A stretch of 64,000 nucleotides of DNA, from assembly GCF_054482525.1 (NCBI RefSeq), contig NZ_CM137006.1, one strand, 5' to 3'. Positions 31,490-45,436 of this stretch are shown in pieces (position 1 is the stretch's first letter; every line of letters starts with the position of its first letter). Below the pieces are notes generated by a model. It made no database searches. It was not told where the DNA came from and saw only the letters and a program-made list of their open reading frames with translations. Position numbers and translations under genes: made by a program.

Positions 31490-34400
31490 TTACCCAACCG
31501 CTGGTGTCGGATCGTCGCCTTTGTAGTCGCGTTTTACTTCCGTCACCTCATCGCCCTTCTCGTTGTGCAGATGCACTTCAAGCTGGTTAAAGGCAATGTT
31601 GATGTCGTTTTCACGGCACAGCTGATCGATAGTACGGTTCAGCTCATCGACAGTACGGCTACGGTCACGCAGTTCACGCACATACAGACGCAGCTCATGA
31701 TCCAACGTGCTGGCACCAAACGCCGTAAAGAAGACTTCCGGCATTGGTTCGTGCATCACCCTTGGGTGCTCAGTCGCCGCCTTCAGTAACACTTTACGCA
31801 CTTTTTCCAGATCGGAGCCATAGGCCACGCCGAGACGGATCACCAGACGCGTAGTAGTGTCAGTCAACGACCAGTTGATCAGACGCTCGGTAACAAACGC
31901 TTTATTCGGGATGATCACTTCTTTGCGATCGAAATCGGTAATCGTTGTCGCACGAATACGGATCTTACTTACTGTCCCCGAGAAGCTACCAATGGTTACC
32001 GTATCGCCAATACGCACCGGACGTTCGAACAGAATGATCAAACCGGAGACGAAGTTACCAAAAATTTCTTGTAAACCAAAACCAAGACCTACGGATAATG
32101 CTGCGGCCAGCCACTGGAGTTTATCCCACGAGACGCCCAGCGATCCGAACACCGTCATCGCACCAACGGCAATAATGATGTAGTTAAGGATGGTAGTAAT
32201 GGCATACGACGCGCCCTGGCGCATATTCAGTCGCGAGAGCACCAGCACTTCCAGCAAACCAGGCAGGTTGCGAATCAACGCCCAGGCCACCATTGAGGCG
32301 ATAATCGCAAACAACAGACTGCCCATGGTGACGTTTTTCACCACCGCAGCACCAGCTTCAGTACCGTTGTAATGCCAGAGCGTGATGCTGTCCAGATAGC
32401 TGAACACGGTGATCAAATCGGACCAAATTGCCCAGAACATGACACCGAACAGCGCAAACATCAGCAACATGGTAATACGCAGCGTCTGCTGGTTAACCTG
32501 CTCCAGTGCAATGGTGGGTTCTTCCGGCGGTTCGGCACCTTCTGCGCCCTCTTTCACCAGATTCTGCCGACGCGCCAGCGCACGACGCCAGGCGATACGC
32601 CGCGCCGCTACGCTTAAGCCGCGCAATACCGTCTGGTACAGCAGGTTCCAGATGATCACCAAATAAACGGTTTCAATCCAACGCCCGGAGAGGCGCAGCG
32701 TGGTGTAGAAATAACCCGTGGCGGTCAGCACCATCAACGCAATCGGGATAATCGACAGTACGGTAATGGTGACCAGTCGCATGGTGTGCGACTCTTTATC
32801 ACGCCAGCTTTCGCGGCACATCGGCCATACCAGGAAGGCAATCAGCAGCAGGTTGAAGAAAATCATCGCCTGCCCCAGCACATCATCCATCAGATGCAGC
32901 GGGGAAAGTTCTGCCACCACAGACCAGAAATGGATAGGCAGCAATGCGAGACTGATGCGGACAATTTGCCGACGCCAGTGGCTGGTCTGCTGTTCCGGCA
33001 TACCAAAGTGACGCACGGCAACGCCGTTTTTCTCCAGTACCTTCCAGCACAGGCCAAACACCAGCCAGAAAATCGCCAGTTTTTTACTGAACGACCATAG
33101 CAGTTCGCTGATGTTGAGCTGCATGGTCAACAGAATCAGGCCAACCGCGAGAATAATCAGGCACACCGGCAGCGCACGGATCAGGTCGATAAGGATCGCT
33201 TTTGGTGTGTTGAGCTGGCTGTCGTTACGCAGGGAACCCACAGCGGAAGCCAGTTTTTGTTGATACGCTTTCAGCCAGCCCAGACGCCAGTGGATCAGCC
33301 CGGCAATCAACAGCAGCGGCAAACCGGCGAGGAAAGCGATAAAAACGGCAGGCCAGGCTTTTTCCCAGTTCACCGTGATTTTCATCGACTTAAATTCATC
33401 TTTCAGGCTTTGTGGGAACGCTTTGATCCAGTCCCAGTCCATTGGACGGTTACTGTTCACCCAAAAGATTTGCTGAGTCAGGATGGATTTCAGGTTTTTC
33501 GACACACTCATCAACTGCTGCTGGTTGATTTGCAGGTTAATGGCCATCATCAGCTGGTTACCCAACTGTTTGTTAAGCTGATCCAGCAATTCGCGACGCA
33601 TATCAACCACTTGCAATAACGCATCGTGAACTTCGCTGTTGACTTCGTTGGCGTGACCTTCTTCCAGTTTGTTGACGAACGCATCGCTCTGGAAGAGTGC
33701 ATCACGCTGCTGGTTGACTTCAAACTGTTCGAGACGCAAATCCGCGATGCGGTTGGTCATGTTTTCCAGTTCATCCGCCGAGGGCAGCGTTTGTTGTTGC
33801 TGGTAAAGGATACGAGACAACAGCAGGCTGCCCTTCAGGACGGCAATCTGCTCTTTAATATTGCGTTCCGATTGCAGCGCCCGCTCCAGCCAGTTTTTGA
33901 CTTTAATGTTTTGCTGCATCAACTGATTACCGTTTTCAGTCGCGGTAATCAGACGCTGACTTAACTGCTGGTTAATTTCCAGTTCCTGCTTCACCAGCGG
34001 ATTAGCCTGAATACGCGCGGCTTCATCCGGGGAGACGGCTTCCTGCGCCGTTTTTTCGGTTAAAGTCAGGCGCTTGCTGTTTACTGCTTCTTGCAACAGC
34101 TGCAACTGATGCTCCAGACGGGCGCTGTTCGCCGTCACGTAATCCCGTTGCTTTTGCAAGGTATCCTGTAAGACTGTGTTCCCTTCCAGGCTTTTACGCT
34201 GCTGGTCAATCTCGGCATTCAGCAAAGCCTGCTGAGCCTGCATTAACACTTTCTGGCTGGGACGTAAGGCAGTCTCGCCGACATCAGTCCCATCCAGACG
34301 ACTGCGAATTTGTTGCAGCTGCTGCGAAGCGTTATACATCGCATTTTGCACGCGTTCGGGCTGCGTCTGTAACGAAACCAGCTGGCTGTTATAAGACGCC

Positions 34401-34852
34401 AGATCGTTTTGTGCGTTTTGCAAATCGTCCAGCGCCTGGGCAACGCGAGTTTCCAGCTGGCGCAACGAAAGCGTGCTCAGAATTTTGCGCGTTTCTTCGT
34501 CGTTATCGACATCGCTAAGTGCTGTTAACGCCGCGGTCGCCTGGCGCATTTTTTCCGGCGCTTCAGCGACTTTTTGCCGTAGCTGAACTGTCTCTTCTTT
34601 TACGCGATCGATTTTATCGAGGGTGGCTAATGTATCTGTCAGATCCTGCTGCACCAGTTTGTCCTGAGCAGAAAGATCTTTTTGTTTATTTAGTGAGTCA
34701 AGTTGCGCCTGCAGGTCCGCTTTTGTCGGCAGATCACCATTCGATGACGCCCGCGCAAACGCCGTGTTCTGGCATAACAAGACAAAAACAAAAGCAATAA
34801 ATGCTGAAAAAACAAAATGCCGTGATCGTTTGTAATACTGGAACATAGTCAT
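31490..34852 (-). CDS. mscK: Potassium-dependent mechanosensitive channel MscK (KefA)
   Basis: 1120-aa ORF with long periplasmic coiled-coil N-terminus, multiple TM helices and MscS-like C-terminal domain. Confidence 0.95.
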   Translation of the reverse strand: MTMFQYYKRSRHFVFSAFIAFVFVLLCQNTAFARASSNGDLPTKADLQAQLDSLNKQKDLSAQDKLVQQDLTDTLATLDKIDRVKEETVQLRQKVAEAPEKMRQATAALTALSDVDNDEETRKILSTLSLRQLETRVAQALDDLQNAQNDLASYNSQLVSLQTQPERVQNAMYNASQQLQQIRSRLDGTDVGETALRPSQKVLMQAQQALLNAEIDQQRKSLEGNTVLQDTLQKQRDYVTANSARLEHQLQLLQEAVNSKRLTLTEKTAQEAVSPDEAARIQANPLVKQELEINQQLSQRLITATENGNQLMQQNIKVKNWLERALQSERNIKEQIAVLKGSLLLSRILYQQQQTLPSADELENMTNRIADLRLEQFEVNQQRDALFQSDAFVNKLEEGHANEVNSEVHDALLQVVDMRRELLDQLNKQLGNQLMMAINLQINQQQLMSVSKNLKSILTQQIFWVNSNRPMDWDWIKAFPQSLKDEFKSMKITVNWEKAWPAVFIAFLAGLPLLLIAGLIHWRLGWLKAYQQKLASAVGSLRNDSQLNTPKAILIDLIRALPVCLIILAVGLILLTMQLNISELLWSFSKKLAIFWLVFGLCWKVLEKNGVAVRHFGMPEQQTSHWRRQIVRISLALLPIHFWSVVAELSPLHLMDDVLGQAMIFFNLLLIAFLVWPMCRESWRDKESHTMRLVTITVLSIIPIALMVLTATGYFYTTLRLSGRWIETVYLVIIWNLLYQTVLRGLSVAARRIAWRRALARRQNLVKEGAEGAEPPEEPTIALEQVNQQTLRITMLLMFALFGVMFWAIWSDLITVFSYLDSITLWHYNGTEAGAAVVKNVTMGSLLFAIIASMVAWALIRNLPGLLEVLVLSRLNMRQGASYAITTILNYIIIAVGAMTVFGSLGVSWDKLQWLAAALSVGLGFGLQEIFGNFVSGLIILFERPVRIGDTVTIGSFSGTVSKIRIRATTITDFDRKEVIIPNKAFVTERLINWSLTDTTTRLVIRLGVAYGSDLEKVRKVLLKAATEHPRVMHEPMPEVFFTAFGASTLDHELRLYVRELRDRSRTVDELNRTIDQLCRENDINIAFNQLEVHLHNEKGDEVTEVKRDYKGDDPTPAVG

Positions 34853-34979
34853 GATGAATGAAGGTTTCTGAACCTGAAGAACGACCTGAAAAAGTCAAAC
34901 CGCAAGAATATCACGACGCAGTGAACCAGAATAGCAACGACGAAAATGTCCAGGAAAAATCCTGGAGTCAGATTCAGGG

Positions 34980-35627
34980 TTATTCGTTAGTGGCAGGATT
35001 ACGAAGCGTGGGGCACAGGAGATACATCTCCAGTAAGATGGCAACGTAATCGCGGGCTTCTTTTTTAAGATCAAAAGATTGCGGGGCAAAGAGCCAGTTT
35101 TCCATCAGGCCGGAAATATAGCCGCGCATAATAATTGCTGCGCGACGCGTCATTAAATCCGCAGGCAACATTTTCGCTTCAATACAATGTTTTAACGTTT
35201 GTTCTATACGGTCATAACTTTCCAGACAGAGATTACGTTGTGCCTGTTGCACAACAGCCATTTCTCCGACAAATTCGCATTTGTGGAATATAATCTCCAT
35301 CAATAATCGACGCCGTTCTTCTGTCACCGTGGATTCAAGAACATGAATTAATATCTCTCTTAATACTGAGAGTGGATCGCCAGGGAATTTTGCCTGATAC
35401 TCAAGCTCTAGTTCACCAATATTGGATTCTGACAGTTCCCAGATCTCACTGAACAAATCCGACTTGTCTTTAAAATGCCAGTAGATTGCACCGCGCGTAA
35501 CGCCAGCTGCTTTTGCAATCTCGCCCAGCGAGGTGGATGATACCCCCTGCTGTGAGAAAAGACGTAGAGCCACATCGAGGATGTGTTGGCGCGTTTCTTG
35601 CGCTTCTTGTTTGGTTTTTCGTGCCAT
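34980..35627 (-). CDS. acrR: TetR-family repressor AcrR
   Basis: 215-aa ORF with N-terminal TetR HTH; divergent from acrAB. Confidence 0.95.
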
Positions 35628-35655
35628 ATGTTCGTGAATTTACAGGCGTTAGATT

Positions 35656-35679
35656 TACATACATTTGTGAATGTATGTA
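35656..35679. promoter_or_regulatory. AcrR operator (24-bp palindrome) in acrR-acrAB divergent promoter region
   Basis: TACATACATTTGTGAATGTATGTA read directly. Confidence 0.88.
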
Positions 35680-35768
35680 CCATAGCACGACGATAATATA
35701 AACGCAGCAATGGGTTTATTAACTTTTGACCATTGACCAATTTGAAATCGGACACTCGAGGTTTACAT

Positions 35769-36962
35769 ATGAACAAAAACAGAGGGTTTACGCCTCTGGC
35801 GGTCGTTCTGATGCTCTCAGGCAGCTTAGCCCTAACAGGATGTGACGACAAACAGGCCCAACAAGGTGGCCAGCAGATGCCCGCCGTTGGCGTAGTAACA
35901 GTCAAAACTGAACCTCTGCAGATCACAACCGAGCTTCCGGGTCGCACCAGTGCCTACCGGATCGCAGAAGTTCGTCCTCAAGTTAGCGGGATCATCCTGA
36001 AGCGTAATTTCAAAGAAGGTAGCGACATCGAAGCAGGTGTCTCTCTCTATCAGATTGATCCTGCGACCTATCAGGCGGCATACGACAGCGCGAAAGGCGA
36101 TCTGGCGAAAGCCCAGGCTGCAGCCAATATCGCGCAATTGACGGTGAATCGTTATCAGAAATTGCTCGGTACTCAGTACATCAGTAAGCAAGAGTACGAT
36201 CAGGCTCTGGCTGATGCGCAACAGGCGAATGCTGCGGTAACTGCGGCGAAAGCTGCCGTTGAAACTGCGCGGATCAATCTGGCTTACACCAAAGTTACCT
36301 CTCCGATTAGCGGTCGCATTGGTAAGTCGAACGTGACGGAAGGCGCATTGGTACAGAACGGTCAGGCGACTGCGCTGGCAACCGTGCAGCAACTTGATCC
36401 GATCTACGTTGATGTGACCCAGTCCAGCAACGACTTCCTGCGCCTGAAACAGGAACTGGCAAATGGCACGCTGAAACAAGAGAACGGCAAAGCCAAAGTG
36501 TCGCTGATCACCAGTGACGGCATTAAGTTCCCGCAGGACGGTACGCTGGAATTCTCTGACGTTACCGTTGATCAGACCACTGGGTCTATCACCCTACGCG
36601 CTATCTTCCCGAACCCGGATCACACTCTGCTGCCGGGTATGTTCGTACGTGCACGTCTGGAAGAAGGGCTTAATCCAAACGCTATTTTAGTCCCGCAACA
36701 GGGCGTAACCCGTACGCCGCGTGGCGATGCCACCGTACTGGTGGTTGGCGCGGATGACAAAGTGGAAACCCGTCCGATCGTTGCAAGCCAGGCTATCGGC
36801 GATAAGTGGCTGGTGACAGAAGGTCTGAAAGCAGGCGATCGCGTAGTAATAAGTGGGCTGCAGAAAGTGCGTCCTGGTGTCCAGGTAAAAGCACAAGAAG
36901 TTACCGCTGATAATAACCAGCAAGCCGCAAGCGGTGCTCAGCCTGAACAGTCCAAGTCTTAA
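35769..36962 (+). CDS. acrA: Multidrug efflux pump periplasmic adaptor AcrA
   Basis: 397-aa product from MNKNRGFTPLAVVLMLSGSLALTGC (lipoprotein signal); the ORF-track entry starts 12 codons upstream. Confidence 0.96.
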   Translation: MNKNRGFTPLAVVLMLSGSLALTGCDDKQAQQGGQQMPAVGVVTVKTEPLQITTELPGRTSAYRIAEVRPQVSGIILKRNFKEGSDIEAGVSLYQIDPATYQAAYDSAKGDLAKAQAAANIAQLTVNRYQKLLGTQYISKQEYDQALADAQQANAAVTAAKAAVETARINLAYTKVTSPISGRIGKSNVTEGALVQNGQATALATVQQLDPIYVDVTQSSNDFLRLKQELANGTLKQENGKAKVSLITSDGIKFPQDGTLEFSDVTVDQTTGSITLRAIFPNPDHTLLPGMFVRARLEEGLNPNAILVPQQGVTRTPRGDATVLVVGADDKVETRPIVASQAIGDKWLVTEGLKAGDRVVISGLQKVRPGVQVKAQEVTADNNQQAASGAQPEQSKS

Positions 36963-36981
36963 CTTAAACAGGAGCCGTTAA

Positions 36982-40134
<3,153 letters not shown>

Positions 40135-40153
40135 TACAACGTGTAATCACAAA

Positions 40154-40176
40154 GGCCGCGCAAGCGGCCTTTTTTA
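40154..40176 (+). terminator. Rho-independent terminator after acrB
   Basis: GGCCGC-GCAA-GCGGCC stem-loop followed by TTTTTTA. Confidence 0.8.
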
Positions 40177-40679
40177 TGCATAACCGACGAACATTAAGAA
40201 GTCATTGAACCACCAACTCAGGATCTCATACGAAAACCAGTATTAAACACGTTTAAAATTCATAAAAAATACTGATTGTTAGTTAATTTATATTAAGTAG
40301 CGCTAATAGATTTAATAATCCATAATCATTTAGAGGCTATTCTTAATTATTTGCGGTAATTCTTTATTCATTCCTCGGTTATTACGTCATATTCAGAGCA
40401 ATCCTGGTATTAGTGTTACCAATTTCATCTGGCGATAATCCTGAAATGTTATGAACAGTTCGAGCAAACTGCTTTTACCTGCTGCGGGTTAGTGCTAGTA
40501 TGAAAAAGTAAGTCCTGTCCCGCTTCCTTCCTAATTGTAATTTTTCGTAATAATGCGATGAAAACCTGCAAAGAGTGGCTTATAGTTAAGCTAACAAACG
40601 AGAGGGCAAGTCCAGGTCAGTAAGTTTTTTCCATCCCGAAAGGTGTCCGTTAGTTCAACCACTAAGAAGGGGACGCGTT

Positions 40680-41054
40680 ATGGATGAATACTCACCCAAA
40701 AGACATGATATCGCACAGCTTAAGTTTCTCTGTGAAACCCTGTATCATGACTGTCTTGCAAACCTTGAAGAAAGCAATCATGGCTGGGTTAACGACCCAA
40801 CCTCGGCGATCAACCTCCAGTTGAATGAACTGATTGAGCATATTGCGACCTTCGCACTTAATTACAAAATTAAGTATAATGAAGACAATAAGCTCATTGA
40901 GCAGATCGACGAATATCTGGATGACACCTTTATGTTGTTCAGCAGTTATGGTATTAATATGCAGGATCTTCAGAAATGGCGGAAGTCAGGTAATCGACTA
41001 TTCCGTTGTTTTGTCAATGCGACGAAAGAGAATCCTGCGAGTTTATCTTGTTAG
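40680..41054 (+). CDS. tomB: Hha toxicity modulator TomB (YbaJ)
   Basis: 124-aa [40 protein letters not shown]..., immediately upstream of hha; preceded by a ~550-bp AT-rich leader. Confidence 0.9.
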
Positions 41055-41079
41055 AATTATTACAACCATGGGTAGAAGT

Positions 41080-41298
41080 ATGTCCGAAAAACCTTTAACG
41101 AAAACCGATTATTTAATGCGTTTACGTCGTTGCCAGACAATTGACACGCTGGAGCGTGTTATCGAGAAAAATAAATACGAATTATCAGATAATGAACTGG
41201 CGGTATTTTACTCAGCCGCAGATCACCGCCTCGCCGAATTGACCATGAATAAACTGTACGACAAGATCCCTTCCTCAGTATGGAAATTTATTCGCTAA
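41080..41298 (+). CDS. hha: Haemolysin expression modulator Hha (H-NS co-regulator)
   Basis: 72-aa product [72 protein letters not shown]; embedded in a longer out-of-context ORF-track entry. Confidence 0.93.
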
Positions 41299-41469
41299 TA
41301 AATAATTCGCTTTCGGAGCTATAACCGGCTGTTTATTAAGAATTTTATACTTTTTCGCCATGAAGACATACCCTATGTGATCTTTATCACACAGATGTAA
41401 TGGGAACGTTCTCTTCACTGACTTTTCGTCTTACTGTGTTGCCGCATTTTCAGCAACCGGAGGTCAGTA

Positions 41470-42021
41470 ATGAGCACAGAAAAAGAAAAGATGATTGCTG
41501 GTGAGTTGTATCGCTCGGCAGATGAGACGTTATCTCGCGATCGCCTGCGCGCTCGTCAGCTTATTCACCGATACAATCATTCCCTGGCGGAAGAGCACAC
41601 ATTACGCCAGCAAATTCTCGCTGATTTATTCGGTCAGGTGACAGAGGCTTATATTGAGCCAACGTTTCGCTGTGATTATGGCTATAACATTTTTCTCGGC
41701 AATAATTTTTTCGCCAACTTCGATTGCGTGATGCTTGATGTCTGCCCTATTCGCATCGGTGATAACTGTATGTTGGCACCAGGCGTTCATATCTACACGG
41801 CAACACATCCCATCGACCCTGTAGCACGTAATAGCGGTGCTGAACTGGGGAAACCCGTCACCATCGGTAATAACGTCTGGATTGGCGGACGCGCGGTCAT
41901 TAACCCTGGTGTGACCATTGGTGATAACGTCGTGGTAGCCTCAGGTGCAGTTGTCACAAAAGATGTCCCGGACAACGTTGTCGTGGGCGGTAATCCAGCC
42001 AGAATAATTAAAAAATTGTAA
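41470..42021 (+). CDS. maa: Maltose O-acetyltransferase
   Basis: 183-aa ORF with left-handed beta-helix hexapeptide repeats. Confidence 0.93.
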
Positions 42022-42136
42022 TCGGTTTTTCGCAACTGTTATGCAAAATTGTGGTAAATCTGTTACTTTCCCTCTACTATTCCCACGTTAAAATAGGGTG
42101 TTCCCTGGAAAGTTGCAGATACCACGAAGGCAAACG

Positions 42137-42607
42137 ATGACCGAAATACAACGCCTGCTGACCGAAACGATTGAGTCTCTGAATACCCGCGAAAAACGCG
42201 ACAACAAACCCCGCTTTAGTATCAGTTTTATCCGTAAACATCCGGGGCTGTTTATCGGTATGTACGTTGCTTTTTTTGCCACCCTGGCGGTGATGTTGCA
42301 GTCCGAAACGCTTTCAGGCTCTGTCTGGCTACTGGTGGTATTATTTATCCTGCTTAATGGTTTCTTCTTTTTCGATGTCTACCCACGCTACCGCTATGAA
42401 GATATCGACGTGCTGGATTTCCGCGTTTGCTATAACGGCGAATGGTACAACACGCGCTTTGTACCTGCCGCGCTGGTTGAAGCCATCTTGAACTCTCCGC
42501 GTGTCGCGGATGTTCATAAGGAACAACTGCAAAAAATGATCGTCCGTAAAGGTGAACTGTCTTTTTACGATATTTTTACCCTCGCTCGCGCCGAATCAAC
42601 ATCTTAA
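42137..42607 (+). CDS. ylaC: Inner membrane protein YlaC
   Basis: 156-aa product from [27 protein letters not shown]... with two hydrophobic helices; start chosen at internal Met of the track ORF. Confidence 0.85.
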
Positions 42608-42764
42608 ATTAGGGTTACATACCAGGCGTAAAGCTCTGCGCCTGGTCAAATGACAACGATCGTTTCCACCCATCACTTCATGAAATCCCGGCTCTACCTC
42701 CTTATCTCCTGCCAGCCTTTTTCCACAATCAGATATACTTTCCCTACACTGTGTTAATAAGGAT

Positions 42765-44321
42765 ATGCTGGTGAGAACACGACATCTGGTCGGCCTTATT
42801 TCGGGAGTACTGATTCTTTCAGTATTGCTGCCTGTCGGCTTAAGCATCTGGCTGGCCCATCAGCAGGTAGAAACATCATTTATTGAAGAGCTGAATACGT
42901 ATTCCTCCCGCGTCGCTATTCGGGCCAATAAGGTGGCGACACAAGGGAAAGATGCGCTGCAAGAGCTGGAAAGATGGCAAGGCGCTGCCTGTAGCGAAGC
43001 CCATCTCATGGAAATGCGTCGGGTATCTTACAGTTATCGCTATATTCAGGAAGTGGTTTATATCGATAACAACGTTCCCCAGTGTTCGTCTCTGGAGCAT
43101 GAAAGCCCGCCCGATACCTTCCCCGAGCCAGGTAAAATTTCGAAAGATGGTTATCGTGTCTGGTTAACATCGCATAACGATTTAGGCATTATCCGTTACA
43201 TGGTCGCCATGGGAACGGCACATTATGTCGTCATGATCGACCCTGCTTCCTTTATTGATGTCATTCCCTATAGTTCATGGCAAATTGATGCCGCCATTAT
43301 TGGCAATGCCCATAACGTTGTCATAACCAGCAGCGATGAAATTGCTCAGGGAATTATTACCAGACTACAAAAAACACCCGGTGAGCATATCGAAAATAAT
43401 GGAATCATTTACGATATCCTGCCCTTCCCGGAAATGAATATTTCGATCATCACCTGGGCTTCAACGAAAATGTTGCAGAAAGGCTGGCATCGGCAAGTCT
43501 TTATTTGGTTACCGCTCGGGTTGGTGATTGGCCTGCTGGCAGCGATGTTTGTGCTGCGTATTTTGCGCCGTATCCAGTCACCGCATCATCGGCTGCAGGA
43601 TGCTATCGAAAATCGTGATATTTGCGTGCACTATCAGCCGATTGTCTCCTTAGCCAATGGCAAAATTGTCGGTGCTGAGGCACTGGCGCGCTGGCCGCAG
43701 ACAGACGGTAGTTGGTTATCACCAGATAGTTTTATTCCGCTGGCACAGCAAACGGGCCTTTCTGAGCCATTGACGCTACTGATTATAAGAAGCGTCTTTG
43801 AAGATATGGGCGACTGGCTGCGTCAGCATCCGCAGCAGCATATTTCGATCAATCTTGAATCCACCGTGCTCACCTCGGAAAAAATCCCGCAATTGCTGCG
43901 TGAAATGATCAATCACTATCAGGTTAATCCCAGACAGATCGCGCTTGAACTCACTGAACGCGAGTTTGCCGATCCGAAAACCAGCGCCCCGATAATTTCT
44001 CGCTACCGGGAGGCGGGCCATGAAATTTATCTTGATGATTTTGGTACGGGGTATTCAAGTTTAAGTTATTTACAGGATCTGGATGTCGACATTCTGAAGA
44101 TAGATAAATCTTTCGTTGATGCGCTGGAATATAAAAATGTCACGCCGCATATCATCGAAATGGCAAAAACACTGAAACTGAAAATGGTAGCGGAGGGAAT
44201 CGAAACCAGTAAACAAGAAGAGTGGTTACGCCAGCATGGCGTGCACTACGGTCAGGGCTGGCTCTACAGCAAGGCATTACCGAAAGAAGATTTCTTACGC
44301 TGGGCCGAGCAACATTTGTGA
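42765..44321 (+). CDS. pdeB: c-di-GMP phosphodiesterase PdeB (YlaB), CSS-motif sensor plus EAL domain
   Basis: ~516-aa ORF; N-terminal TM plus periplasmic domain, C-terminal EAL domain (EALARW..., DDFGTGYSSL). Start codon ambiguous (ATG 42765 or GTG 42771). Confidence 0.9.
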   Translation: MLVRTRHLVGLISGVLILSVLLPVGLSIWLAHQQVETSFIEELNTYSSRVAIRANKVATQGKDALQELERWQGAACSEAHLMEMRRVSYSYRYIQEVVYIDNNVPQCSSLEHESPPDTFPEPGKISKDGYRVWLTSHNDLGIIRYMVAMGTAHYVVMIDPASFIDVIPYSSWQIDAAIIGNAHNVVITSSDEIAQGIITRLQKTPGEHIENNGIIYDILPFPEMNISIITWASTKMLQKGWHRQVFIWLPLGLVIGLLAAMFVLRILRRIQSPHHRLQDAIENRDICVHYQPIVSLANGKIVGAEALARWPQTDGSWLSPDSFIPLAQQTGLSEPLTLLIIRSVFEDMGDWLRQHPQQHISINLESTVLTSEKIPQLLREMINHYQVNPRQIALELTEREFADPKTSAPIISRYREAGHEIYLDDFGTGYSSLSYLQDLDVDILKIDKSFVDALEYKNVTPHIIEMAKTLKLKMVAEGIETSKQEEWLRQHGVHYGQGWLYSKALPKEDFLRWAEQHL

Positions 44322-44362
44322 ATTGTAGGGCTGACGGCACGCCGCACAGCCCGTCACGCTAC

Positions 44363-44716
44363 CTATTCGTCGATGATTGACTCGAATCCGCCATAGATCA
44401 TTCGCTTACCATCAAACGGCATGGACTCGCCGAACTCTTTCATCCGTGGGTCCGACATCATCTTTTGATTAGCAGCGTCGCGGACCTCTTTTGAAGGGTA
44501 TTCAATCCAGCTAAAGACAACCTCTTCATTCTCTTCCGCTTTCACCGCCATACGAAAATCGGTCACTTTGCCATCCGGTACATCGCTGGCCCAGCATTCG
44601 ACAATACGAAGCGCGCCAAACTCTTTAAACAATGGCGCGGCCTTAGCGGCCATTTCCCGATAGGCATCCTTTTTATCGGCAGGAACGGCAACCACAAAAC
44701 CATCAACATACTTCAT
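44363..44716 (-). CDS. ybaA: DUF1428 family protein YbaA
   Basis: 117-aa ORF MKYVDGFVVAVPADKKDAYREMAAKAAPLFKEFGALRIVECW... Confidence 0.88.
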   Translation of the reverse strand: MKYVDGFVVAVPADKKDAYREMAAKAAPLFKEFGALRIVECWASDVPDGKVTDFRMAVKAEENEEVVFSWIEYPSKEVRDAANQKMMSDPRMKEFGESMPFDGKRMIYGGFESIIDE

Positions 44717-44826
44717 CAGACATACCTCCGAAGCGTACTGCGCAGCCAGAAAATTCTTGCGACGTCAGTCGTGGTTAAAGTTTAGCCATATTGGGATTTT
44801 TTGACGAAACGCTGGGAGGCAGAAAT

Positions 44827-44940
44827 GGGTGGGGGCCCTGCCAGCTACATCCCGGCACACGCGTCATCTGCCTTGGCTGCTTCCTTCCGGACCTGACCTG
44901 GTAAACAGAGTAGCGTTGCGGGAGAACCAACAGAGCCCCC
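44827..44940 (-). ncRNA. ffs: 4.5S RNA (signal recognition particle RNA)
   Basis: Minus strand reads GGGGGCTCTGTTGGTTCTCCCGCAACGCTACTCTGTTTACCAGGTCAGGTCCGGAAGGAAGCAGCCAAGGCAGATGACGCGTGTGCCGGGATGTAGCTGGCAGGGCCCCCACC, the E. coli 4.5S RNA; overlapping track ORFs are spurious. Confidence 0.95.
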
Positions 44941-45016
44941 ATTGAGAGCGTTGAGAACCAACGCGCAGGCGCATTATCACTGCTGCCCCGGCTAATTGCA
45001 ACCCATTGCGTGCCGG

Positions 45017-45406
45017 ATGCTGGTTTCTTGCGCAATGCGACTTCACTCGGGCGTTTTTCCAGATTATGCTGAAAAATTACCTCAGGAAAAAAAGATGGAA
45101 AAAGAAGATTCATTTCCCCAACGCGTCTGGCAAATCGTCGCCGCTATTCCCGAAGGCTATGTCACCACTTACGGTGATGTGGCGAAACTGGCAGGATCGC
45201 CCCGCGCCGCGCGCCAGGTGGGCGGTGTGTTAAAGCGTCTCCCTGAAGGCAGCACCTTGCCCTGGCACCGGGTGGTTAATCGCCACGGCACAATTTCGCT
45301 AACCGGACCGGATTTACAGCGTCAACGACAGGCATTACTGGCAGAAGGTGTGATGGTATCGGGAAGCGGGCAAATCGACTTGCAGCGTTATCGCTGGAAC
45401 TACTAA
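45017..45406 (+). CDS. atl: Alkyltransferase-like DNA repair protein Atl (YbaZ)
   Basis: 129-aa product with MGMT-like DNA-binding fold lacking the active-site Cys (TYGDVAKLAGSPRAARQVGGVL); start chosen at internal Met MLVSCAM. Confidence 0.85.
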   Translation: MLVSCAMRLHSGVFPDYAEKLPQEKKMEKEDSFPQRVWQIVAAIPEGYVTTYGDVAKLAGSPRAARQVGGVLKRLPEGSTLPWHRVVNRHGTISLTGPDLQRQRQALLAEGVMVSGSGQIDLQRYRWNY

Positions 45407-45436
45407 CCCTCTCCGGGCGGAGAGGGTTAACTGCGC

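Noticed and set aside
35408-35947. 179-aa minus-strand ORF spanning the acrR-acrA intergenic region
   Set aside because: Overlaps the acrR N-terminus, the AcrR operator and the acrA 5' end in other frames; spurious.
44775-45113. 112-aa minus-strand ORF and overlapping 44864-45046 ORF
   Set aside because: The region is the ffs 4.5S RNA gene and the atl 5' region; the ORFs are chance reading frames through a structured RNA gene.
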